Shown here piece by piece: positions 8,570 to 17,452 of a stretch of DNA of 52,953 bases. How positions within the stretch are numbered: position 1 is the stretch's first letter; each line of letters begins with the position of its first letter. Source of the stretch: Deltaproteobacteria bacterium (GTDB lineage: Bacteria > Myxococcota_A > UBA9042 > DTJE01 > S145-11); assembly GCA_015493765.1 (NCBI GenBank), contig WGCQ01000170.1, forward strand, positions 1-52,953. The letters run 5' to 3'. The notes beneath the pieces are model-generated. The model worked only from the letters and a program-made list of their open reading frames with translations, was not told where the DNA came from and made no database searches. The position numbers and the translations under genes are program-made.

Positions 8570-11113
8570 ATGACAGGCAAACGTTTGGAAGGCTTGATGC
8601 TCCTGCTTGTATGGGGACTGGCATTGCCAGTATTTGCCAATCCGAATTATGGCAAGGACCCACACAAGGTCAGCGCCAAGGCATTGGACAAGGACTTCAT
8701 GTCCGCACTGAACTGCAACAAATGCCACAGCAAGGTGGTAAAAGAGGTCAGGGCATCCGCCCACTTCAAGGTGGCGTCGCCTAGCCCGTTTACCCTGTTT
8801 CCTGGCGGCGGGGCCCACGGGATGTTCGACCGCGCCTGCTCCCTGCCGGGCAGCACGGGCCTGATCAACTATACGGGCACGGCCTCCGAAGGCAATGAAT
8901 GCGCGAAATGCCATATCTCGCGTTACATGCCAGGCTCGCAAAAGATGATTTCCAAGTACCTGCAAATGCATGGTACGCCTGCGAAAAAGGCGGACAAGAA
9001 GGCCGAAAAAATCGTGGACGGCGGCATCGACTGCGTGGTCTGCCACGCCACGAAATACAAGACCTATCCTAAGACCGCAACGGACCATGCGGCCTATGCC
9101 AAACTGTTCGAAAAACACCCGGGCAAGGCGGTTGAGTCCCCCAGCCCAATTGGTTACCCGCGTTACGGCCACGAGCCGGACCCCAATGGCCTGGACTTCA
9201 ACGGCGACGGCAAACCGGACATGGTGGTGACCCAGGACCGTTCACCCGAGGCGATCCTGTCCATGGGCAAAACCACGACCGAGGCATGCCTGCGCTGCCA
9301 CGAGCACGATTTTTCCGGCTTCAAAAGGGGAACGCCCTTTGAGGCGAAATTCGACGTGCACGCAGCGGCCTTCAAGGACCGCAACAAGTGCACGCACTGC
9401 CACAAGGTCAGCCACCACAAGTTCCAGCGCGGCAACAATGTAAACGGCGACTTCGTGACCACGGACTACGGCCAGGCCAACGAACACCTGGGCTGCACCA
9501 GCTGCCACCGCAAGGGCGGCGAGGCCCCGGTACCAACGGGCGCAATCCACAGCGAGATCCACCTGTCCAAGATGGCATGCGAGACCTGCCACACGCCCAT
9601 GACCTCCGGCATCACATATTCCCTGTGGACGGACGGCGTGCAGTTGGCATTCGGCCGCAACCCCAAGACCGGCCTGGACACGAAACTGATCACCCTGGAC
9701 AATCTGATAAACGAGGCATCCAACGACCAGAAAGTGACCAACAAGAAGGCCGCGGAAGAGGACATGGTCAACGACCTGAAGGCCTATGCGATCCACCCGG
9801 TTTACATGTGGTTCGACAAACACTACAAGAAAAACACGCCACAAACATCGTTTCTGGCCCAGCCCCTGGCCACCTACAACGACAAGAACGCCAAGATCAC
9901 TCCGTTCAAGCCCATGGGCAACGGCCTGATCTTTGACGCACGTTACTTTACCCATCGCAAGCCCGGGGACTTCGGCAAGAATGCGGCTGGCGTACCGTAC
10001 AGCAAGTACAGCATGTACAATTTCTTTGAAAACGGCAAAAACGCCGACATCTTCAGTGCCTTTGGCTTGATCGGCAACAAGAAAAAGGGTGTCCCCGGAT
10101 TGACTGCGTCAGAGGTTCACAAGGTCAACTTCATGAAGGACATCGCCAATTTTGCCAACCCGGCCCTGCAGGCAATGGCTTTCATGCAGATCTTCCCGAA
10201 CCTGGTGTATTTCCTGAAGCCGGCCTTTGGTTACGGTTACTACGTGGTGTACAAGGGCCATGACAAGGCCGATCACAATCACGACGGCATCGTGGATGCA
10301 AAGGCGAAGTTCTATTTCAACATGCTCAAGGCCGCCAATGCCGGTTTGCAGGCATTCAAACGCTTCAATCCCCTGTTCGGGCTGAAACCGGGTACGGACT
10401 GGTATCCGCCGTTCAAGGACCATAACGACATAGTCCCCATGAAACTGCCTGACGGGACATTGATGCGGATGTACCTGCAGATGAAGGATGCGGTTGCCGA
10501 CTCCGACCCGGGCAAAATGCACCCGAAGCGCTGGAAATACTATCCGGCATTCTCGAACGGCATCACCCTGGGACACGCGGTGGCCGGTCCTCACACGTTC
10601 TGGAAGCCCCTGGGTTCCGGTGATAACGGGTGTAATGACTGCCACTCGGCCAAGGGCGTGATGATGCAGCCCGTACCGGTTACCAAGACCGTGAAGGTGG
10701 GACCGTTCAAGAAGTTCCACAACATGAGCTTCCAGATGCCCGTGTATCACTGGGTGTATTACAACGCACGCAAACTGGTGAAACTGGGCCTGAAGACCGA
10801 GGATGACGACGTGGTCGCTGGCAAGGCGAGTGTTGATATCGCCGGCAAGCCCCAGTACATGCGCTTCAGCAAAAAGACCTTTGTGCTGAACTGGTTGAAC
10901 CCCACGGGTTACGTACCGGCCGATTCGCCGAAGATGATGCCCAAGGGCGTGAAACTGATGCATAACGGCGGTGACTGGGTTGCAGTACTGGAACCGGTCG
11001 TTGAAATGCATTCCAACTGGGAAATCCTGGGTTACAAGCCCATCATCAAGAAAGGCAAGGTCGTTGGCCTGCTGAAGCCTGACGGCACTGAAATGGGCTT
11101 CTGGAACGAGTAA
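8570..11113 (+). CDS. secreted octahaem c-type cytochrome (8 CXXCH), 847 aa
   Basis: RBS GAGGAGG at 8557-8563. Signal peptide LEGLMLLLVWGLALPVFA. The CXXCH motifs are CNKCH, CAKCH, CVVCH, CLRCH, CTHCH, CTSCH, CETCH and CNDCH. Confidence 0.85.
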   Translation: MTGKRLEGLMLLLVWGLALPVFANPNYGKDPHKVSAKALDKDFMSALNCNKCHSKVVKEVRASAHFKVASPSPFTLFPGGGAHGMFDRACSLPGSTGLINYTGTASEGNECAKCHISRYMPGSQKMISKYLQMHGTPAKKADKKAEKIVDGGIDCVVCHATKYKTYPKTATDHAAYAKLFEKHPGKAVESPSPIGYPRYGHEPDPNGLDFNGDGKPDMVVTQDRSPEAILSMGKTTTEACLRCHEHDFSGFKRGTPFEAKFDVHAAAFKDRNKCTHCHKVSHHKFQRGNNVNGDFVTTDYGQANEHLGCTSCHRKGGEAPVPTGAIHSEIHLSKMACETCHTPMTSGITYSLWTDGVQLAFGRNPKTGLDTKLITLDNLINEASNDQKVTNKKAAEEDMVNDLKAYAIHPVYMWFDKHYKKNTPQTSFLAQPLATYNDKNAKITPFKPMGNGLIFDARYFTHRKPGDFGKNAAGVPYSKYSMYNFFENGKNADIFSAFGLIGNKKKGVPGLTASEVHKVNFMKDIANFANPALQAMAFMQIFPNLVYFLKPAFGYGYYVVYKGHDKADHNHDGIVDAKAKFYFNMLKAANAGLQAFKRFNPLFGLKPGTDWYPPFKDHNDIVPMKLPDGTLMRMYLQMKDAVADSDPGKMHPKRWKYYPAFSNGITLGHAVAGPHTFWKPLGSGDNGCNDCHSAKGVMMQPVPVTKTVKVGPFKKFHNMSFQMPVYHWVYYNARKLVKLGLKTEDDDVVAGKASVDIAGKPQYMRFSKKTFVLNWLNPTGYVPADSPKMMPKGVKLMHNGGDWVAVLEPVVEMHSNWEILGYKPIIKKGKVVGLLKPDGTEMGFWNE

Positions 11114-11255
11114 AATCCCCCCTGCTATCCTACGTTTTATCCGACATCCTTAAATTGTTATCTAATTTATTTCCCCTATTACTATACTTTTAAACCCGAA
11201 CGAAACCGCTCAAGGTCATTGCCATTTACACCAAAACTGACTATTTTATTGCTTG

Positions 11256-12413
11256 ATGAAGGCGAAACTTCTGAAACTATTTTGGGAATTATTCGGTGAA
11301 CACGACAAAATTGTTATCGCCAGTGCACCGGGACGCACAAACCTGATCGGTGAACATACGGATTATAACGACGGCCTGTGCATGCCCTTTGCCATATCAC
11401 GCAGGACCTACGTGGTAGCGGGCCTGAGTGATGACCCGTTTATACGGGCCTACTCCCTGAACCTGCATGAACTGTTCGAATCCCACCTGTACGAACTGGT
11501 GCCAGGGCTGTACGACGGACCTAAAGGCTACCTGATGGGCCCCCTGTATGCCTTGCGCCAGGCAGGATACCGCTTTGGTATGGACCTGGTGGTGTATGGC
11601 GAGATCCCCTTTGGTACGGGCTTGGGGTCCTCGGCCGCCCTGGAAGTGGCTGTGGCCGCTGCTGCCGTGGAGTTGCTGGGTGTGGACATGAGGGCCACGG
11701 ACCTGATAGACCTGGCCAGGTATGCTGAAACCCAGTTCGTGGGCGTGCCCTGTGGCCTGATGGACCAGACCACTGTGACCATGGCCAGGACCAACAAGGT
11801 GATGTTGCTGGATTGCAGGACACATGACTACGAGTACCTGGCATTTCCACAGGATTTACAGGTGGTTATTGCACTCAGCGGGGTCAGGCATTCCCTGGCG
11901 GACGGGGCCTATGCCAGCAGGGTCAGACAGTGTAAATCGGCCCTTGCCAAGGCGAAAACGGTTATTCCGGGACTCGAGGCAATCCGCGATATCTCGATTG
12001 ACCGGTTACCTGACCTGAAAACTGCGATGTCGGCTCAGGAATTCCTGCGGCTGACCTACGTGGTCGAGGAAATTGACAGGGTCAGGCGGGCCAGGGATGC
12101 GTTGCAACGCCATGACATCCGGGCGTTGGGTCGAATCATGGAGGAGGGACAGGCCGGGCTGCGTGACAAATACCAGGTCAGTGTAGAGGAAATCGATGCC
12201 TTGATAGACTCGGCCGCATCGGCGCCCGGTTATGTGGGTGCACGGCTGACCGGAGCGGGTTTCGGTGGCGCCACCATAAACCTGGTTGCCACGGGCACTG
12301 CCCAGGCCTTTATCGAGGCGCTCGGTCGGGGCTACATGAATCGTACGGGCCTGCAATTGAAGGCCTTTGTCGTTGAACCATCACAAGGTGTGTACAGCCA
12401 TGAACTGGAATGA
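11256..12413 (+). CDS. galK: galactokinase
   Basis: GHMP-kinase and GalK signatures: GRTNLIGEHTDYNDG, PFGTGLGSSAALEVA, LTGAGFGGATINLV. Confidence 0.9.
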   Translation: MKAKLLKLFWELFGEHDKIVIASAPGRTNLIGEHTDYNDGLCMPFAISRRTYVVAGLSDDPFIRAYSLNLHELFESHLYELVPGLYDGPKGYLMGPLYALRQAGYRFGMDLVVYGEIPFGTGLGSSAALEVAVAAAAVELLGVDMRATDLIDLARYAETQFVGVPCGLMDQTTVTMARTNKVMLLDCRTHDYEYLAFPQDLQVVIALSGVRHSLADGAYASRVRQCKSALAKAKTVIPGLEAIRDISIDRLPDLKTAMSAQEFLRLTYVVEEIDRVRRARDALQRHDIRALGRIMEEGQAGLRDKYQVSVEEIDALIDSAASAPGYVGARLTGAGFGGATINLVATGTAQAFIEALGRGYMNRTGLQLKAFVVEPSQGVYSHELE

Positions 12414-14094
12414 TGCAGTATCCCGATTTCCGCGTATCCGTGCCCTGTGCGACCGGGGCTATGGTGATTCCCTGTCCGTTTACCTGCCTGACGCGGATGC
12501 CCGGATATTCGAACGCCTGGATGAGCAACTTTCCCGGGTGGACCTGGACCGGCTGGACCAGCACCGCAGGGCGCTTGAACACCCGGAATCCCGCCATTTT
12601 GCATTATCCGACCTGCGCCCCATTCGGTTCAAACACCGCACTCGCATCCAGGCCTTGAGCAAGGGCCTGACAGGCAGGGGTGAACGGATGCTGCGCACGG
12701 GTAGTGTGGGCGAGGTAATCCTTGCCGGTGGTGCTGCAACGCGTTTTTTTAAGGGACAAAACTCGATGCCAAAGGCATTGTATCCCATTACCCCGGTGGC
12801 GGAGAAAACGTTTCTGGACATATTCCTGCAGGAGGCTGTGGCGGTGGCCCATAAATACGGCGTAGCCCCACCGGTCCTGATCATGGTCAGCGAGGTAACA
12901 AAGGCCAAAGTACAACAGGCACTACAGGAACACCACAGGTTCGGCCTCCCACCCGAATGCATTTTTGTGTTCACCCAGGCCCACCACCCGCGCCTGGATG
13001 CAAGGGGCAGGTTGATCATACGGCCTGACGGAGGCCTGGTGTGGTACGGGGATGGCCACGGCGGCGTGTACAAGGCATTGATCGCAAACGGTCTCAGAAC
13101 CAGGCTCATGGCGGCCGGCGTGCATACGCTGGTTTTGCACAACGTGGATAATCCCCTGGCCAGGCCGTTTGACCCGATTCGCCTGGGTTTTCATGCCCGC
13201 GGACGCCGTTTATTCACCATGAGCGTGTACCAGCGCACATCGTCAACCCAAAAGGTGGGTATCCTGGCGAAGGTGTTGAATACCGGACGCATAGAGGTGA
13301 TCGAATACAGCGAAGCGGCCCCGGAGGTCATGACGGCCATGGATAAGGCCGGCCTGCTGTTTGATTGCGGCCATATCAATACCAATTATTTCGAACTGTC
13401 CGCCATATCGGATAAGGTCCCGCCGGCACTCTATACAAACAAGCCCTTGATCGTCAATGGCATGGAGGTGGCATCCTCCACGTTCGAGGTCCTGAATCAG
13501 CACCTCACCAGGATGCTTGACGGCCTGCGGGTGGGTGTGTTTGCCGTACCCGAGGAGCGTTTTTTCCTGCCCACGAAAAACATGCATGGCCCTGATTCCG
13601 TGGACACGACACGCCAGGTACTGTCCGAAAACGCCCTCAATTTGATGACGCAGGCCGGTGTTGTGTTCCACGGTGCGAACCACCGGGCCGACCTGTCGCC
13701 GGTCATGGAACCGGGTGACATCAATGCCTTGTTTCCTGCTGCCGGCATGGAGGTATTCGACCAGGCAAGGGTCTATCTGTCGCCCGTCAAGGGACCGGGA
13801 GGTCCGGGTTTCACTGGCGGCGTGGTGGTGCGTGACCACGGAACATTCATCCTGGATTCGGTGGAACCCTTTGGCGCCTTTAGTACCGGTCCCAATCGCA
13901 GTGTGGTTACGGATGCGCCGCCGCCAGTGGTGGATGCACCAGGTGGTGTGGTAGTGGGCAAGGCCGCAACCCTGGTGATTCGAATGCATGCCGGGTCTGT
14001 TTTGAGGCTTCCGGAAAAACTGGTGGTACCGGATGGCAAAACCTTAAAAATCTCGCTCGAACGCAATGAAAAACGCACGATTGGGAGTAGGTGA
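12400..14094 (+). CDS. UDPGP-family UDP-sugar pyrophosphorylase-like nucleotidyltransferase
   Basis: EVILAGGAATRFFKG...PKALYPITP nucleotide-binding loop. The ATG at 12400 overlaps the galK 3' end by 14 nt. It has a long C-terminal extension. Confidence 0.65.
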   Translation: MNWNDAVSRFPRIRALCDRGYGDSLSVYLPDADARIFERLDEQLSRVDLDRLDQHRRALEHPESRHFALSDLRPIRFKHRTRIQALSKGLTGRGERMLRTGSVGEVILAGGAATRFFKGQNSMPKALYPITPVAEKTFLDIFLQEAVAVAHKYGVAPPVLIMVSEVTKAKVQQALQEHHRFGLPPECIFVFTQAHHPRLDARGRLIIRPDGGLVWYGDGHGGVYKALIANGLRTRLMAAGVHTLVLHNVDNPLARPFDPIRLGFHARGRRLFTMSVYQRTSSTQKVGILAKVLNTGRIEVIEYSEAAPEVMTAMDKAGLLFDCGHINTNYFELSAISDKVPPALYTNKPLIVNGMEVASSTFEVLNQHLTRMLDGLRVGVFAVPEERFFLPTKNMHGPDSVDTTRQVLSENALNLMTQAGVVFHGANHRADLSPVMEPGDINALFPAAGMEVFDQARVYLSPVKGPGGPGFTGGVVVRDHGTFILDSVEPFGAFSTGPNRSVVTDAPPPVVDAPGGVVVGKAATLVIRMHAGSVLRLPEKLVVPDGKTLKISLERNEKRTIGSR

Positions 14095-14196
14095 TGGCCT
14101 TACGTCACTCATGTCACAGACCGGGCGGGACACCGGCGGGGCACACTGCTATCAAATATCCACGAAATACCGGGCAGAAATCGGCACTTCGTCCTC

Positions 14197-14221
14197 CTCA
14201 AATTTGTCCGGTATTTCGGGA
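14197..14221 (+). repeat. degenerate copy of the 24-25 nt intergenic box
   Basis: CTCAAATTTGTCCGGTATTTCGGGA matches the copy at 16688-16712 at 20 of 25 positions. It lies 50 nt upstream of the ATG at 14272. Confidence 0.5.
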
Positions 14222-14271
14222 CAGCCGGATACGGAGGCGTTTTTGGGAAATCTCGTATTTTGGAGGTAAAT

Positions 14272-14646
14272 ATGCCGCGGATCAAGCCGACACCGTTCAA
14301 CCTGTTTTGCGCCTATTTCCTGGGACTGGATGAAAAGGCCCAGCCACGTTTTTTCAACATGAATTCCCTGGCCCGGGCCACGGGTATGGATGTGGATGAC
14401 CTGATCCGCCTGATGGAACGGTTTCACCTGGATGCCCCCACCATGCGACACGTCCCGTTCAACGTCAGTAAGGCCCACGCGGACTGCCAGGACCTGGCCA
14501 TGGAGGGCCACACACAGGATGCATTGCGCCTGGCTCGCAGGTATTTCGATGAATACTACAACCTGCTAAAGGAATTTGACGAAAATCTGGATTTCGAAAC
14601 CATTGATTACGACAATATCTGGGGCGACGAGGTGCCGGACCAATGA
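14272..14646 (+). CDS. hypothetical 124-aa protein with acidic C-terminus (possible HTH around NSLARATGMDVDDLIRLM)
   Basis: RBS GGAGG at 14262-14266. Its stop overlaps the next start as ATGA at 14643-14646. Confidence 0.6.
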   Translation: MPRIKPTPFNLFCAYFLGLDEKAQPRFFNMNSLARATGMDVDDLIRLMERFHLDAPTMRHVPFNVSKAHADCQDLAMEGHTQDALRLARRYFDEYYNLLKEFDENLDFETIDYDNIWGDEVPDQ

Positions 14647-15605
14647 ATACCGGGGAACAGCCGGTAGTTAATGTACAAAACCTGTGGGCAGGTTACGGTC
14701 CGCCTGGTAAATGGGTGGTACGGGACATATCCTTTGACATCCCCAAGGCCCGGGTAATGTGCCTGGTCGGCGCAAGTGGAACGGGCAAGACCACGACAGG
14801 CCGCGCAATAGCAGGGGGGCTGGACCGTGCGTGGTACAAGGGCATCATACAGGTGGACGGCATGTCACCAGCGGACTTGAGCAGGGAGGCCATGCGCCGC
14901 TACCGGGGGGGCGTCGTTGGTATGATTACCCAGGACCCGGAGCAATACTTCGACCCCCTGTTCAAAACAGGGTCCCAGTTGACTACAGCGGTGTGCGATC
15001 ACATCGACATTTCCCGCAAGGAGGCCCGAAGCGCGCTCATCGAGGCATTGGGCGAACTGGGCATATCCAATCCACCGGCCGTGATGGATGCGTATCCGCA
15101 TGAACTATCCGGCGGCATGAAGGCGCGCGCAGCCATTGCGTTGTCCCTGGTATTAAAACCCGCACTGATCGTGGCTGACGAGGTAACGTCCGCACTGGAT
15201 CCGGTAATGGCCATACGCGTGTTGGACCTGCTCAAAGGCCTCGTATCAGGCCCTGTTGCCAGCGTGTTGCTGATCACTCACGACCTCATTGCGGCCCTGC
15301 GAATCGGGGACCACGTTGCGGTCATGTGCCGTGGCAGGATTGTCGAGAAAGGGCCTGTACACATCGTGCTGACGCACCCAATGCATCCTTATACCCGCCT
15401 GCTCCTGGATGCCCATCTGATGAATGCGGATGCATTAAATGTCCTTGATGAAACAACCACTCATGGACCGCCAGGTAATGAGTGTCCATTCATAAGCCGG
15501 TGCCCTGTTCGCAGGGAAACCTGCAAGGACTGGCACTTCCGGGTGTACCCAGGACCTGGCAATCGCCTGGTGGCATGTCCTTATCCGTTGGAGCCGACAC
15601 GATGA
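14643..15605 (+). CDS. ABC transporter ATP-binding protein, DppD/OppD-like
   Basis: Walker A GASGTGKTT, signature LSGGMKARAA, Walker B LIVADEVTSALD. The Opp/Dpp-type C-terminal region carries HPYTRLLL and CPFISRCP. Confidence 0.9.
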   Translation: MNTGEQPVVNVQNLWAGYGPPGKWVVRDISFDIPKARVMCLVGASGTGKTTTGRAIAGGLDRAWYKGIIQVDGMSPADLSREAMRRYRGGVVGMITQDPEQYFDPLFKTGSQLTTAVCDHIDISRKEARSALIEALGELGISNPPAVMDAYPHELSGGMKARAAIALSLVLKPALIVADEVTSALDPVMAIRVLDLLKGLVSGPVASVLLITHDLIAALRIGDHVAVMCRGRIVEKGPVHIVLTHPMHPYTRLLLDAHLMNADALNVLDETTTHGPPGNECPFISRCPVRRETCKDWHFRVYPGPGNRLVACPYPLEPTR

Positions 15606-16522
15606 ACGCCGTCCGCATAAAGGGACTGACCAAATACTTCAGGGGCCGCCAGGCAGCCGTGCTGAGGGATGTGGACCTGGTTGTACCAAAAGGCGCGGCA
15701 GCCGCCGTAATCGGTGAATCCGGTGCCGGCAAGACCACACTGGGGCGGGTAATATCCGGCCTGACCCCGTTCGACTCAGGCAGTGTCGAGGTCATGGGTC
15801 ACGTTCTGAAGCCCGGTACAAGGGGACCGGGCAAGGATTTCTTTCAGGATGTTCAGTACCTGTTCCAGCATGCGGCCATGTCGTTCAATCCCGGATTCGA
15901 CTGCAACCGGGTGGTCGAAGAGCCCCTGGTGGTGCGAGGCGGCCTGGACCGGCGTGCAAGGCGCATGCGGGCCGCCGAATTGTTGAATATCGTTGGCCTG
16001 GATGGTTATGGCAGTACCAAGGCGAGGGCCTTGTCCGGTGGCCAGGCCCAAAGGCTGGCCCTGGCAAGGGCCATTGCAATGCAACCAGGGCTGCTGGTTG
16101 CGGACGAGGTCACAGCGGGCCTGGACACGGTGCTGAAGATGGCCGTATTGAACCTGTTGCGCGGTATCATGGCAAAGCAGGGGCTCACCGTTATTTTCAT
16201 TACCCATGAAATACAACTGGCAAGGGCCTTTGCCCGTGGGTGCGCCGTGTTATACCAGGGGATGGTTATGGAATCAGGGCCTGCCGAGAGCGTGTTGCAA
16301 AACCCAAGGCACCCTTATACACGTCTGCTGCTCACCGCATCACCGGATATGGATAATCCCGGACAAAAAGTACCTGCATACGAACCCCCGGCGATCACCA
16401 TGCAGGGCTGCCCGTTTCGGTATAATTGCCCCGTTCGGGACCAGTCATGCGAGGCCGTACCCGGGGTGCATACCTTTGATGACGGGTCACGGGTCAGGTG
16501 CCACCATCCCTTGCACGGTTAA
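15602..16522 (+). CDS. ABC transporter ATP-binding protein, DppF/OppF-like
   Basis: ATGA overlap with the previous gene. Walker A GESGAGKTT, signature LSGGQAQRLALARA, Walker B LLVADEVTAGLD, plus HPYTRLLL and CPFRYNCP. Confidence 0.9.
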   Translation: MNAVRIKGLTKYFRGRQAAVLRDVDLVVPKGAAAAVIGESGAGKTTLGRVISGLTPFDSGSVEVMGHVLKPGTRGPGKDFFQDVQYLFQHAAMSFNPGFDCNRVVEEPLVVRGGLDRRARRMRAAELLNIVGLDGYGSTKARALSGGQAQRLALARAIAMQPGLLVADEVTAGLDTVLKMAVLNLLRGIMAKQGLTVIFITHEIQLARAFARGCAVLYQGMVMESGPAESVLQNPRHPYTRLLLTASPDMDNPGQKVPAYEPPAITMQGCPFRYNCPVRDQSCEAVPGVHTFDDGSRVRCHHPLHG

Positions 16523-16563
16523 TGTCTGTCCACAAGTAAATCGTTAATTCGACATGGGCCCTA

Positions 16564-16627
16564 CCTGCGGCTGCTTTCGGGACGGCACTGCGGGCCTTCG
16601 GAAAGACTTTCGTTGCAACCGGAAACC
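16564..16627 (+). repeat. partial copy of the GC-rich structured module (R module)
   Basis: CCTGCGGCTGCTTTCGGGACGGCACTGCGGGCCTTCGGAAAGACTTTCGTTGCAACCGGAAACC aligns with the modules at 27509-28254. Confidence 0.8.
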
Positions 16628-16687
16628 ATGCCTGCGCTCAAACGGGATCAACTATTTGTATTTGAAACACTTTCAGTGCCCTTTGTC

Positions 16688-16712
16688 CTCAAATTTGACA
16701 GGCAATTTGGGA
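16688..16712 (+). repeat. 24-25 nt intergenic box, TTGACA-containing variant
   Basis: CTCAAATTTGACAGGCAATTTGGGA. Confidence 0.8.
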
Positions 16713-16744
16713 TAGAAATATAATCCAAAATGCCGGTTGAAAGA

Positions 16745-16870
16745 GGGTGTTGATTTGATGGATTTAGTGACGAATTCGGAAATTTGTGTCTTTTGTAATA
16801 GTTTGAAATACAAAGATAATTTAAGATGCCGGCTGGAAGCCGGGATCCCAGGGGGACTTTTTCAACACCC
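16745..16870 (+). repeat. 126-nt element with terminal inverted repeat GGGTGTT...AACACCC (E element)
   Basis: A second full copy lies at 36754-36880 and a 5' fragment at 27670-27688. Internal hairpins: TTTGTGT...ACAAA and CCGGCTGGAAGCCGG. Confidence 0.85.
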
Positions 16871-16890
16871 GCCGTTGGGCCAGCGCACCA

Positions 16891-16983
16891 CACGGCCACG
16901 GCCACGGTCAACGGCCCCGGTCACGGCCAACGGTCACGGCCACGGCCAACGGTCACGGCCACGGCCAACGGTCACGGCCACCG
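16891..16983 (+). repeat. tract of 6-7 nt units CGGCCA / CGGTCA(A)
   Basis: About 14 consecutive units, ending 8 nt before the stop codon of the convergent ACT-domain gene. Confidence 0.9.
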
Positions 16984-16990
16984 TATTTTG

Positions 16991-17377
16991 CTACAGTAAC
17001 TCGGATGCGGCGTGTTGGTCGGAAGTCTTAACGAACAGGATACCCTTCTGGTTCTGCTGGCTGACCCCTCCGTAGGCATAGTCAATATTTATGCCGGCAT
17101 CGGACAACTTGCCGCCCAGTTCGAACAGGACGCCTGGCTTGTTGTCAGTCTCTATCATGAATACGTCCGTATCCAGTACAAGCATGCCGTTGTCCTCTAA
17201 CAGGTGTAAGGCCTCCATGGGCTTGTCCACCACCAGTCTAAGTACCGCATGGTCCACTGCATCCGCCACCATGAACCCCAGGATGTCTATTCCGTTGTCC
17301 GCCAGTGCACGGATTACCCGAACCAGGGTCCCGGGCTTGTTCGCAACGAAAACCGCCAGTTGTTTCACGCTATCCAT
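16991..17377 (-). CDS. tandem ACT-domain protein (amino-acid-binding regulatory domain)
   Basis: Two ~60-aa units with an ACT-like pattern (LAVFVANKPGTLVRVIRALADNGIDIL and FMIETDNKPGVLFELGGKLSDAGINI). Confidence 0.7.
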   Translation of the reverse strand: MDSVKQLAVFVANKPGTLVRVIRALADNGIDILGFMVADAVDHAVLRLVVDKPMEALHLLEDNGMLVLDTDVFMIETDNKPGVLFELGGKLSDAGINIDYAYGGVSQQNQKGILFVKTSDQHAASELL

Positions 17378-17452
17378 CTTTCACCTTTGCTCAAAGGGAC
17401 AATAGTGCTATACTCGAAGATAGCCGATTTAAAGAAATCGGTCAAGGTGGAT

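Noticed and set aside
8486-11011. Long antisense ORFs inside the octahaem cytochrome gene (8486..9172, 9242..9955, 10109..11011). Similar cases lie opposite the cytochrome b gene, iorA and other genes (for example 19192..20175, 22256..22918, 23333..24115).
   Set aside because: They lie entirely within confidently identified genes on the other strand. They have Arg/Gly/His-rich compositions typical of mirror frames in GC-rich coding DNA, and they lack RBSs and recognisable motifs.
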